The translations under genes and the position numbers were made by a program. Shown here in pieces: positions 38,281-47,107 of a stretch of 64,000 nt of DNA. Under the pieces are notes generated by a model that was not told the DNA's origin, ran no database searches, and saw only the letters and a program-made list of their open reading frames with translations. Positions within the stretch are counted from its first letter, which is position 1, and each line of letters begins with the position of its first letter. This stretch comes from Promethearchaeota archaeon (GTDB lineage: Archaea; Asgardarchaeota; Lokiarchaeia; Sigyniarchaeales; SOKP01), in the NCBI GenBank assembly GCA_048940925.1, contig JBHLOC010000018.1, positions 8,415-72,414 on the forward strand. The letters run 5' to 3'.

Positions 38281-40407
38281 ATGGCTAAAGTATTATTAAA
38301 AATAATTATTTGTTCATTTCTTATACTTCTGATTTCCTTTCCATTTTTAAACTTATTATTAGTTTATTATGTGGATAATTCAAATAATTTAGAGTTTCCA
38401 GGAACAGATATTGATCTTAGTAATAACTCTAAAGTCGATTTATCCTTATTACCAAAAATTGATTATGAAGTATTAAATAACCTTTGGTATAATCCAAAGA
38501 TCGAAATGTTGATTATAACACCCAATAGATCCGATTTCATAAATACTATTAAACCATTGGCAGATTGGAAAAATGAAAAAGGTGTAAAGACGATTATCTT
38601 AAGTAATTATTCATTATATAATGGTGTGGATGATGCTAATTCTATTAGAAATATGATAAAAACTTACTATGAAAAAGAAAATATTAAATGGGTTCTTTTA
38701 GCTGGTGATGCCCAAGATGATTTGATCCCTATTAGAAAGGTTTATAATCCCGATGTATTAAGATGGGGTGAGGGAGCTAAAGAATCGATTCCAGGTGATT
38801 ATTATAAACCAACTGATTTTTATTATGCGGATCTCACAGGCAGTTGGGATAGTGATGGTGATGGAAACTGGGGAGAGGCTCCTCAAGATAATACTTATGG
38901 TTTAGATGAGATCTCATGGATTCCTGAAGTCTATGTTGGTCGCTTTCCAGCTGATACAGCTAATGAACTTGAAATTTTGGTAAACAAAACATTAAATTAT
39001 GAAGTGGATCCTAATATTGGTAATTGGATGAATAGAATGCTTTTAGCGGGCGGGATATCTAGTTATGTTCCCCAAGAATATGAAAGCCGCTTAACAGATT
39101 ACATTATCCAAAATTATGCTAAATCTGAAATGAATTATACTCATTTAGTAGAAGAAGATGGTAACCTTACACAATCAAGTCTCAAAAATTATTTTAATCA
39201 GGGATACTCAACAGTAATAATGGCAGGTCATGGAAGCCCTACAGCTTTCTATCGAAATCCTAGTCGAGTAGGTTATTCATCTTCAGATGCAAACTCAAGC
39301 TTGAATGCCTATATGCCGTCTTTAGTGTATCTCGATGCCTGTTCCACCTCTAGCTATGATTATAATGATAATAATTTAGGAGAAGTTTTAATAAATAGAT
39401 TAAATGGTGGTGCTATTGGTACAATTGGAGCCCTAAGATTTAGTTATTATTTCGAAAATGATGATAATCTTGAAAAATTAAATCGTGGGAATGCGAAATT
39501 ATTTTGGGAAGAATTTTTTCTTAATAAAAAATTTCAACAAGGTAAAGCATTGTATGATTCTAAGGTTTCTTACATAAATAGTGATTATTATAAGAGAGGG
39601 GACGGATCTACTGATTATGATTTTGAACGTAAAAATATCTTAACTTATTGTCTTTTAGGTGATCCTGAAGTTGATATCTTTACTGATCAACCAAGAAAAG
39701 CATTAGATCCATTTAGTGAAGATATTTATGCAGGTCAATTAGTTAGTCTTGTTATTAAAGATAAATATAATCAGATAGTTCCAAATGCAAGAGTTCACTT
39801 TAAAACTGTAGATAACATATATTATACTGTATATGCGGATGCTAATGGAGTAGTAGAGTTTAGAGTTCCCGCACAAACCACTCAAATATATAATGTGACA
39901 ATTACGGGACATAATTTGATACCTTCCAATTTTAGTTTTTTAACATTAAGAGATAATACAATGCCAGAATTAAGCAGTGTAGATATTGTTCCTCAAAACC
40001 CAAATACAGCAGATACTCTTTATTTCAATATCACAGCTTTTGATAATCTTTCGGGGTTAGAAAGTGTCTATCTATTCATTTCTAAAGATAATTTCAAACA
40101 TTATTCCAATTATAGCGGGTCAAATGGAATCTTAGATAATGAACGCAGGTTTATGCTCGATATTGGTAAATTAAAACCTGGAAAATATTCGTACCTTATC
40201 ACTTTAAGAGATTATGCTAATAATACAAAAATTTTTTATGATAACAGTTTTAAATTTACAATACCTAGACCTTTGATGGATTATATACTTCCTATTTCTT
40301 TAATGATAATAATAGGAGCTGCAGGAATTTCAATTTTTATCTTTTATGAGGGATTCCTAACCTATTTCAAAAAAATAAGAAATTTTGAAAAAAATTTATC
40401 ATCATAG
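38281..40407 (+). CDS. Peptidase C25 (gingipain-like) membrane-anchored protease
   Basis: VLLAGD, TDFYYADL, VGRFP, AGHG...DAC His/Cys dyad, LLGDP; N- and C-terminal TM. Confidence 0.88.
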   Translation: MAKVLLKIIICSFLILLISFPFLNLLLVYYVDNSNNLEFPGTDIDLSNNSKVDLSLLPKIDYEVLNNLWYNPKIEMLIITPNRSDFINTIKPLADWKNEKGVKTIILSNYSLYNGVDDANSIRNMIKTYYEKENIKWVLLAGDAQDDLIPIRKVYNPDVLRWGEGAKESIPGDYYKPTDFYYADLTGSWDSDGDGNWGEAPQDNTYGLDEISWIPEVYVGRFPADTANELEILVNKTLNYEVDPNIGNWMNRMLLAGGISSYVPQEYESRLTDYIIQNYAKSEMNYTHLVEEDGNLTQSSLKNYFNQGYSTVIMAGHGSPTAFYRNPSRVGYSSSDANSSLNAYMPSLVYLDACSTSSYDYNDNNLGEVLINRLNGGAIGTIGALRFSYYFENDDNLEKLNRGNAKLFWEEFFLNKKFQQGKALYDSKVSYINSDYYKRGDGSTDYDFERKNILTYCLLGDPEVDIFTDQPRKALDPFSEDIYAGQLVSLVIKDKYNQIVPNARVHFKTVDNIYYTVYADANGVVEFRVPAQTTQIYNVTITGHNLIPSNFSFLTLRDNTMPELSSVDIVPQNPNTADTLYFNITAFDNLSGLESVYLFISKDNFKHYSNYSGSNGILDNERRFMLDIGKLKPGKYSYLITLRDYANNTKIFYDNSFKFTIPRPLMDYILPISLMIIIGAAGISIFIFYEGFLTYFKKIRNFEKNLSS

Positions 40408-40408
40408 T

Positions 40409-40966
40409 TTAGTGTTCTTGCTTTTCGATTTTATCTTTCTTCATTCTTAATAAGTATAAAATTGAACTCACACTCCCGAAAATACCTTGGATAATTAAGG
40501 CTAAAGATATTAATAAAACAGCTAGTAAATCCTTAAAAACAAATAGAAATATAATAATAAAAATTCCAGCTACTGTAAATTTCAAAATAGAGGAAAGTTC
40601 GCTGAATACAATTTTCCAGCTTTTAGATTCCTTTACTCTCATTTCTAACTCTTCATGATATTTTTCTTCTCCAATTTCTTTTATATACCAGCTCCCTTCT
40701 ATGTTATTTGCAAAAATTAAAATACTCCACCATAATATAAAGAAACTAAAATAAAAATCTAATGACCCTAATATTATAATAGGTATTTGCATTAGAATCA
40801 TTCCTTTCCAACCTACACGTCTAGCTATTTTGTTTGTTTCTAATTTCAATTCTTTAGAAACATATCTAGTGCTAAGTATATCAAGTAATCTTCCTATAAA
40901 TGTTAAAAATGCATTTATCAAATATTGATACCAGTGTACATCACGTATAATTAATTGAAATATCAT
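40409..40966 (-). CDS. Hypothetical membrane protein
   Basis: 4-5 TM segments, D..ST...LE.N motif. Confidence 0.7.
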   Translation of the reverse strand: MIFQLIIRDVHWYQYLINAFLTFIGRLLDILSTRYVSKELKLETNKIARRVGWKGMILMQIPIIILGSLDFYFSFFILWWSILIFANNIEGSWYIKEIGEEKYHEELEMRVKESKSWKIVFSELSSILKFTVAGIFIIIFLFVFKDLLAVLLISLALIIQGIFGSVSSILYLLRMKKDKIEKQEH

Positions 40967-41121
40967 ATTCTTCAGCTCTCCTTGCGATCTTCCTTTTGAA
41001 TTTAATCTTTTTAATGAAAAACTTTTTTTATTACTCTTTATTCTTCTAACTACACTTTACCAAATAAGTAAAGATTTACATTGTAAATAATAGTACTTAT
41101 TAGATGGTAAAATGTGGTTTT

Positions 41122-41302
41122 ATAACCACATAAATATATAGCATTTTGCTAAGCGCCGGATGTTAAACTTATAAGTGTTGCAGGATAGTACTGCAGTTGC
41201 GATCTGTGGGAAACCTCAAACTGTGAGTTCGCTCACGGTCATGGCTTTAAAGGATAATACCCGGTCCCATCCGAACCCGGAAACGCTTATTTATGTGGTT
41301 AT
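41122..41302 (+). other. Processing stem with a BHB/BHL motif flanking the permuted 5S rRNA
   Basis: ATAACCACATAAAT (41122-41135) pairs with ATTTATGTGGTTAT (41289-41302); AAGCG (41151-41155) with CGCTT (41284-41288); CCGG (41156-41159) with CCGG (41277-41280); bulges AAA and ATG. Confidence 0.8.
41162..41282 (+). rRNA. rrf: 5S rRNA gene, circularly permuted (3' half 41162-41227, UUCG linker 41228-41231, 5' half 41232-41282)
   Basis: Helix III/loop C signature CCCGGTCCCATCCGAACCCGGAA at 41260-41282. GTTAA plus loop E AGTA...GGGAAAC lie upstream of it instead of downstream. Helix I CTGTGAG/CTCACGG is closed by TTCG. Confidence 0.9.
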
Positions 41303-41398
41303 TAATGACATTAACCTTTTGTTTCTCTAAAAATAAATTTTTATACGATTAATTATAAATCTAATTAATATTTCATAATAAATTAGCTGAAAACACAT

Positions 41399-41950
41399 AT
41401 GCCAAAAAAGTATATAGTTTTCTTTAAAACTATCGGTAGAAAATGGTTTCTATTTCTTATTATTATAATAATTATCGTGGCAATTTATAACCCCATAGCT
41501 GCAATTTGGATGACTGGCATCACTTTAATATTATTCTTTTTATCTTATATTCCAGGAATATTATTTAAGAAGAAATTGCTCAAATTTATGAATAAATTTT
41601 TTAAAATTGAAGATGAATTAATAGCTCGAACATTAAAGAAACCCTTGAAAAGAATTCAAGAATATATGTTTGATTTTTCTCAAAAACAAGATAAAAAGAA
41701 ATGGTTGATTGTATTTCTAAATAAACAATATATATTTTACCATCAAAAAACCATTCAGGCATTTATGGATCTTTTCAAAAAAGGTTATAGTGAGAAAGAA
41801 ATTCTTGATAATCTAACTGATTACAAAATCGACATTAGAGCTGAGGTTAAAGCAATAAAAGATACTTTAATTAAACTTAAAAGAATAAGTGAAAGAGAGA
41901 TTTCTGTAAAAGAACGTTATGAAAAACAAAGATTTAAATCATCACTTTAG
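41399..41950 (+). CDS. Hypothetical membrane protein (2 N-terminal TM segments)
   Basis: Hydrophobic N-terminal hairpin followed by a basic soluble domain. Confidence 0.7.
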   Translation: MPKKYIVFFKTIGRKWFLFLIIIIIIVAIYNPIAAIWMTGITLILFFLSYIPGILFKKKLLKFMNKFFKIEDELIARTLKKPLKRIQEYMFDFSQKQDKKKWLIVFLNKQYIFYHQKTIQAFMDLFKKGYSEKEILDNLTDYKIDIRAEVKAIKDTLIKLKRISEREISVKERYEKQRFKSSL

Positions 41951-41985
41951 AAAAGAATTAATTATAAAAAAGAAAAAAATAATAT

Positions 41986-42279
41986 TTAATCTATAGCTCC
42001 GAATTTTAGATCAAAACTATAATATTTTCGAACTGGTTTTTTAACATTCCAAACACAATTTAAACCTTTCTCGAACTGAACAAGATCACCTTTCTTGAAT
42101 TCTATTTTCTCTCCTGTATTTGGATCTGTTACTTCTACTTCTCCCTCAAGAACATAGCAAGTTTCAGTATCTCCATAAGACCAATCAAATTCACTTACTT
42201 CTTTACTCCACGTTCCCCAGGATTTAACATTTAATTTATCTAATTGCTCTTCGGACGGTACATTCTTTTTCATTTTCAT
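41986..42279 (-). CDS. Cupin_3 (DUF861) family protein
   Basis: WGTW..F.WSY...ETCYVLEGEVEV...GDLV.F..G..C.W.V. Confidence 0.88.
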   Translation of the reverse strand: MKMKKNVPSEEQLDKLNVKSWGTWSKEVSEFDWSYGDTETCYVLEGEVEVTDPNTGEKIEFKKGDLVQFEKGLNCVWNVKKPVRKYYSFDLKFGAID

Positions 42280-42633
42280 TTTTAACGCACTTAAAATAAA
42301 ATTTCAATTATGTTTTATTAAATATTTTTTAAACAATGAATTGAGAGAAAATATTGTTCCTAGATTAATAAAATTTATTTTGAAAATCAATATTAATGAA
42401 TTATATTATCAAAAAAGAATAAAAAACAAAAAGAAAAAATTATTCTCATAAATATTAATTTAAGTTTAAAATTCTGATTAAGTAAACAATATTAAATCAA
42501 AAAAAGATTATAATTATAACATAAAATTATTAATCTATTTTAAAAGCCTTTACATCTAATAATTAAGATAGCTCGGTCAAAAGTCAAAACAAGATTAGAA
42601 GATTATCCAAAAAAATAAAATGAGATAATTTCC

Positions 42634-43155
42634 ATGCCTAAGAAATTTATACTCAAGATCCTTACAGCGGGAGAAGGGGGTGTTGGCAAAACTACGCTCT
42701 TACATAGATACGTAGAAGGTAAATTCTCATCAGAAACGAAAATGACTATTGGAGTAGAGTTTTTTCTGAAAGAAGTCGAAATTGATCAAAAACAATGCAC
42801 CCTCCAACTCTGGGATTTTGGAGGACAAGAGAGATTTCGTTTTTTACTTGAAAGTTATGTATTAGGAGCGAAAGGTGCATTACTAATGTTCGATTTGACT
42901 AGGATCTCAAGCCTTGAAAATCTAAATCAATGGATAAGGATCGTTCGAAAGGGAGATCCAAACCTCCCAGTCCTCTTTCTTGGTACTAAATTGGATTTGG
43001 AAAATGAGATTCAGGTTGATGATGATTATGCAAAATCTTTTTTAAATGAATTTAATTTAATGGGCTTTTTAAAAATCTCTTCAAAAACTGGTGAAAATGT
43101 TAGTGAGGCTTTTAGTATATTAACAAAAAAAATATTAGAGCGACAGACTTATTGA
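42634..43155 (+). CDS. Rab-like small GTPase
   Basis: GEGGVGKT, TIGVEF, WDFGGQERF, TKLD, SSK. Confidence 0.93.
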   Translation: MPKKFILKILTAGEGGVGKTTLLHRYVEGKFSSETKMTIGVEFFLKEVEIDQKQCTLQLWDFGGQERFRFLLESYVLGAKGALLMFDLTRISSLENLNQWIRIVRKGDPNLPVLFLGTKLDLENEIQVDDDYAKSFLNEFNLMGFLKISSKTGENVSEAFSILTKKILERQTY

Positions 43156-43158
43156 AAA

Positions 43159-43596
43159 TTGAGCCTCAATTTAATCATTATTGATTCTAATTTTATTCTT
43201 CTTCCTTTTCAATTTAAAGTGGATTATTTACATGAAATAAGGCACATTATAGAGGGTAAACTTAAGTTCATTATATACCAACAAGTTTTGAATGAACTTG
43301 AATCAAAGAAAAAAAGAGAATCTCGTGCTACTAAATTTATCAGGCTTCTTGAGTCAGGTTTATCATATTTAGACAAGCATAAAAGTGATTATGATTTTAA
43401 TTTTTTGGATGATGTTAAAAACTCTGATGAGACCACAGATGATTTTCTATTGAGAAAACTAACAGGCTTAAAAAAGGAAGGTAATATCCTTTATCTTGCT
43501 TCAAATGATTCAGAATTACGTAAAAAAGCAAGAGAACGAGAAATAAATACAATTTTCCTTAGGAAAAAAAAATATTTGTTTATAGAGAGAGTTTAA
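43159..43596 (+). CDS. PIN-domain protein (Fcf1/Utp24-like)
   Basis: IIDSNF...VLNEL...TDD...ASNDSELRKKA. Confidence 0.8.
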   Translation: MSLNLIIIDSNFILLPFQFKVDYLHEIRHIIEGKLKFIIYQQVLNELESKKKRESRATKFIRLLESGLSYLDKHKSDYDFNFLDDVKNSDETTDDFLLRKLTGLKKEGNILYLASNDSELRKKAREREINTIFLRKKKYLFIERV

Positions 43597-43752
43597 AAAA
43601 TTATTAATAGGACTATAAAATCATATTATATATTAGAATATAAATTAGTAATTGCATTTAAAAGATTCAATAAAGAATTGTTATACTTTAGTTATTCCAA
43701 GGTTTATCTAAAATCGAGATTTATCGCACAATTATAAATAGGAGGGAAAAGG

Positions 43753-44268
43753 TTGTCCAAACCAATGATTATAAAGTGTATTACAGCAGGAGATGGTGGT
43801 GTGGGTAAAACAACACTCCTTTATCGATATGTGGAGGGAAGATTTTTAGCAGACACACGTATGACCTTAGGTGTAGAGTTTTTCATAAAAGAAGTAGATG
43901 TTGGAAGGAAAAAGATAAATTTACAGGTGTGGGATTTTGGAGGTCAGGAGCATTTTCGACCATTATTAAAAAATTATGCATTGGGGGCAAGGGGAGCATT
44001 ATTACTTTTTGATCTTACTAGACCATCAAGCTTAGACAAAATTGACCAATGGGTTAATATCTGTAGAGAAGATAACCCCAATATACCTATTATTTTTTTG
44101 GGTACAAAACTAGATTTAACTGATTTAATATCTGTTGATGACAGTTATGCATTGAGATTTAAAACTAAGTATAATTTTCTTGATTATTTAAAAATCTCCT
44201 CGAAAACTGGTGAAAATGTGAATTTAGCATTTAAGATGTTAGCAAAAGAAATCATAAGGAATTTATAA
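43753..44268 (+). CDS. Rab-like small GTPase
   Basis: GDGGVGKT, TLGVEF, WDFGGQEHF, TKLD, SSK; TTG start after GGAGG. Confidence 0.93.
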   Translation: MSKPMIIKCITAGDGGVGKTTLLYRYVEGRFLADTRMTLGVEFFIKEVDVGRKKINLQVWDFGGQEHFRPLLKNYALGARGALLLFDLTRPSSLDKIDQWVNICREDNPNIPIIFLGTKLDLTDLISVDDSYALRFKTKYNFLDYLKISSKTGENVNLAFKMLAKEIIRNL

Positions 44269-44284
44269 GATTGTACTCTTAATA

Positions 44285-45484
44285 TTAAATCCTGTTCATC
44301 AGAATATTTGTAATAGCTTTTTTATTTAAATTAACAGGATTATTCTTTAATCCAGTCTTTTCTAAAATTTTATTAATATCATCTTCTTTTATGCCATATT
44401 TAGCTAGCTTATCAATTTTTAAATCTTCTGTCCATTTTTCAAGAGTTTTTATTAATATTGTAGTATAGTGGTCTATTTCATCGTTGTCTATCTCTTCTTT
44501 ACCTATTAATAAAGCACCAATTTTAGCATGTTTTCTCAACCCTACTTTACCTGATGGTCCAGATTCCAGCAAAATTTTAATATTCATCTTAGTAGCTTCA
44601 GCTAGAAGTGTACCACATATTACACCATGAGGAACATCAAAAAATCCTCCAATTGAAGAAGCTAATCCATGAACTATTCCTAAACCTGCATTTGCTAATG
44701 AAATTCCGGACATAAGTGAGCCATATGCCATTGCTGCTCGAACATTGATATTTGATGCTCCAGTTGAACACGCTAAGATTAAATTTTCACTCATATATTT
44801 CATCCCACTTAAAGCTAAAGCATCAGTTATAGGATTAGCTTTTGGAGAGACATAAGCTTCAAGTAATTGTGTAAAGGCATCCATTCCACACGCGGCAGAA
44901 ATAGCTGGTGGACAAGAAATCATTAACTCAGGATCGATTATTGCTACATTTGGTATTAAATTATCGTGACGAAGGGATTTCTTAAACCCATTTGGACCTA
45001 TCTCACTAATAACTGCATTTTTAGTAGCTTCACTTCCTGTACCTGATGTAGTTGGAATCGCTATATATGGAATTTTCTGACCATCATGAACTTTGTCGCC
45101 TACTCCTTCTAAGTAATTCTTAATTGAATCTCTTTTTGGAATCATTGCGGAAATTGCTTTACCTGCATCTGTAACACTTCCTCCTCCTATACCAACGACT
45201 AAATCAGGTTTATTATCTCTATATTGTCTTGCTACGTTATCAACTATATTAGGAGAAGGTTCACCCGAAATTGAAACAACTGAATAGTTGTATGATGCAT
45301 TTTCTAATTTGTTTATTATCTCATCCCACTTTCCAGATCTTTTAAGTGATTTTTCACCTATTACAAACAACATATTCTTTCCATACATAGGCAATATATC
45401 AAAAAGTTGAGTTAATTTACCAGAACCAAAAATTATATGAGGGATACTAGCAAAATTAAAAGAAAAAACCATGTTATTCATCAT
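44285..45484 (-). CDS. Iron-containing alcohol dehydrogenase
   Basis: GGGS..DAGK, PTTSGTGSE, DAFTQ, HG...HG. Confidence 0.92.
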   Translation of the reverse strand: MMNNMVFSFNFASIPHIIFGSGKLTQLFDILPMYGKNMLFVIGEKSLKRSGKWDEIINKLENASYNYSVVSISGEPSPNIVDNVARQYRDNKPDLVVGIGGGSVTDAGKAISAMIPKRDSIKNYLEGVGDKVHDGQKIPYIAIPTTSGTGSEATKNAVISEIGPNGFKKSLRHDNLIPNVAIIDPELMISCPPAISAACGMDAFTQLLEAYVSPKANPITDALALSGMKYMSENLILACSTGASNINVRAAMAYGSLMSGISLANAGLGIVHGLASSIGGFFDVPHGVICGTLLAEATKMNIKILLESGPSGKVGLRKHAKIGALLIGKEEIDNDEIDHYTTILIKTLEKWTEDLKIDKLAKYGIKEDDINKILEKTGLKNNPVNLNKKAITNILMNRI

Positions 45485-45639
45485 ATTTGATTTTACTTTT
45501 ACCTTAATTATAATATTTTCAAACTAAAATAAAATTTTAATGCATGTAACATTAAATCATTAATATTGCTATAATAAGATTTTTAACTTAGCTTAGATAA
45601 TTTGTTTTATAATACGAGATGAAGGAATACTGATTTAAA

Positions 45640-45978
45640 ATGAAAAAAGTCAATGAAAATGAATTTGAATACAGAAAAGGAGAAAGTGGCGTAAAATATT
45701 TAATGCGAGGACCAAGTATAGATTGGGGATTAATATTACTGAAACCAGGTGAAATGATGGGTGATAAAGCCCATGGACATAATTTCATTGATGAAACATT
45801 CTATTTTGTAGAGGGTAATGGTGTTATGATTGTTAATGATAAAGAATTTCCAGCACCTCAAGGTAGTGTATTTCTTTGTGAACCCAAAGAAATGCATAAT
45901 ATCAGGAATGATTCTGATAAATCCATCAAAATTGTATTTATTAAGGGAGAATACAAGCCGGATGATAAGATTGAATAA
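45640..45978 (+). CDS. Cupin domain protein
   Basis: HGH...E.FYFVEG...H metal motif. Confidence 0.85.
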   Translation: MKKVNENEFEYRKGESGVKYLMRGPSIDWGLILLKPGEMMGDKAHGHNFIDETFYFVEGNGVMIVNDKEFPAPQGSVFLCEPKEMHNIRNDSDKSIKIVFIKGEYKPDDKIE

Positions 45979-46011
45979 TAAATTTTAGATAAAAAATAAT
46001 TGAGAGATAAT

Positions 46012-46389
46012 ATGGCTAAAAAAAAAGGAAAAAAAGGAAAGAAAGGAAGATCATCTGATCAACCAGTAATTACTAGGGTTAAATTCCCGAATAAAGAACT
46101 GGGAGAAATGTTCGCAATTGTGATTGATATTTTAGGAGGAGATAGGATGCGAGTATTCTGTGAGGATGGTAAACACCGAATAGGAAGAATTCGTGGTAAA
46201 ATAAAGAAGAGGGTATGGATAAGGCGCGGAGATCTGACGATAGTGAATCCATGGGACTGGGAAACTGAAACTAAAGATGGATTAGGGAAATGCGAGATCA
46301 CATGGAGATATACACGCGCTGAAATCTCATGGCTTGAGCGTAAAAATAGAATTCCAGATATATTAGATATAAATAATATCCCTTTTTAA
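46012..46389 (+). CDS. eif1a: Translation initiation factor aIF-1A
   Basis: LGGDRMRVFCEDG..RIGRIRGKIKKRVWIRRGD...PWDW...WRY. Confidence 0.95.
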   Translation: MAKKKGKKGKKGRSSDQPVITRVKFPNKELGEMFAIVIDILGGDRMRVFCEDGKHRIGRIRGKIKKRVWIRRGDLTIVNPWDWETETKDGLGKCEITWRYTRAEISWLERKNRIPDILDINNIPF

Positions 46390-46513
46390 TTCAGATAATA
46401 GGCGAAGTTTTCTCACAGATATAACAAGATTTAAATTGAACTATCTATCACTATAATGTAAATCATAATAACTCATCTAAATTTTACAAATTTTGGATTG
46501 AAAAAGTGTCAAT

Positions 46514-46795
46514 ATGCGTGATAAAAGGAAAATTATAATAAAAGATCCTAAATTATGGAATCTTTGAAATTCATTAAGAGGAATTATTTTTTTAGCCTAT
46601 CAAAAAGAGCTTGAAGAGACTGAGGAGGATAGGCTCAATTGGTCACGTAGGAGATCATTAAGAAAATCAATTTGCTTATGCCAAATATGTGGGCAGATTG
46701 ATAAAGATATGATCTATATTTCAAATTTAGACTAATGGCTTTGTATTGATTGTCAATCTCTCAGAGAGAAAGCAGATTCTCAAAGAGTCGAATAA
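46514..46795 (+). pseudogene. Pseudogene of a small CxxC/CxxC zinc-finger protein
   Basis: Single frame MRDKRKIIIKDPKLWNL*NSLRG...CQICGQIDKDMIYISNLD*WLCIDCQ...* with two internal stops. Confidence 0.65.
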
Positions 46796-46877
46796 AGCTT
46801 AAAAGAATAATATATCTAGGGGAATTAATAATTCCTTAAAATTCATTTTATTTAAAATAATTAAAAGTTTAATAGTA

Positions 46878-46935
46878 GCTTGAGCGTAAAAATAGAATTC
46901 CAGAGATATTAGATATTAATAATATCCCATTTTAT
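46878..46935 (+). repeat. Direct repeat of the last 58 nt of aIF-1A (46332-46389), att-like
   Basis: 54 of 58 nt identical, first 27 nt identical. Confidence 0.9.
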
Positions 46936-47107
46936 CACATTAAATATAATAGGCTCTCTACTCTAGTATTTAAACCTTTTTAACACAATTGACATTTAGA
47001 ATCACAAAAAAGCAAAATTTTATAACGTAGTAATACCTAGTAAGCTTATACTTATTTTTCTTTTTATATTTTTAAAACCCAAATTCAAATGAGATTCGTG
47101 ATAAAAC

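Noticed and set aside
41112-41131. Hairpin ATGTGGTT-TTAT-AACCACAT as a separate ncRNA or terminator
   Set aside because: It overlaps the 5' arm of the 5S processing stem and is better viewed as an alternative leader fold; the transcription start is unknown.
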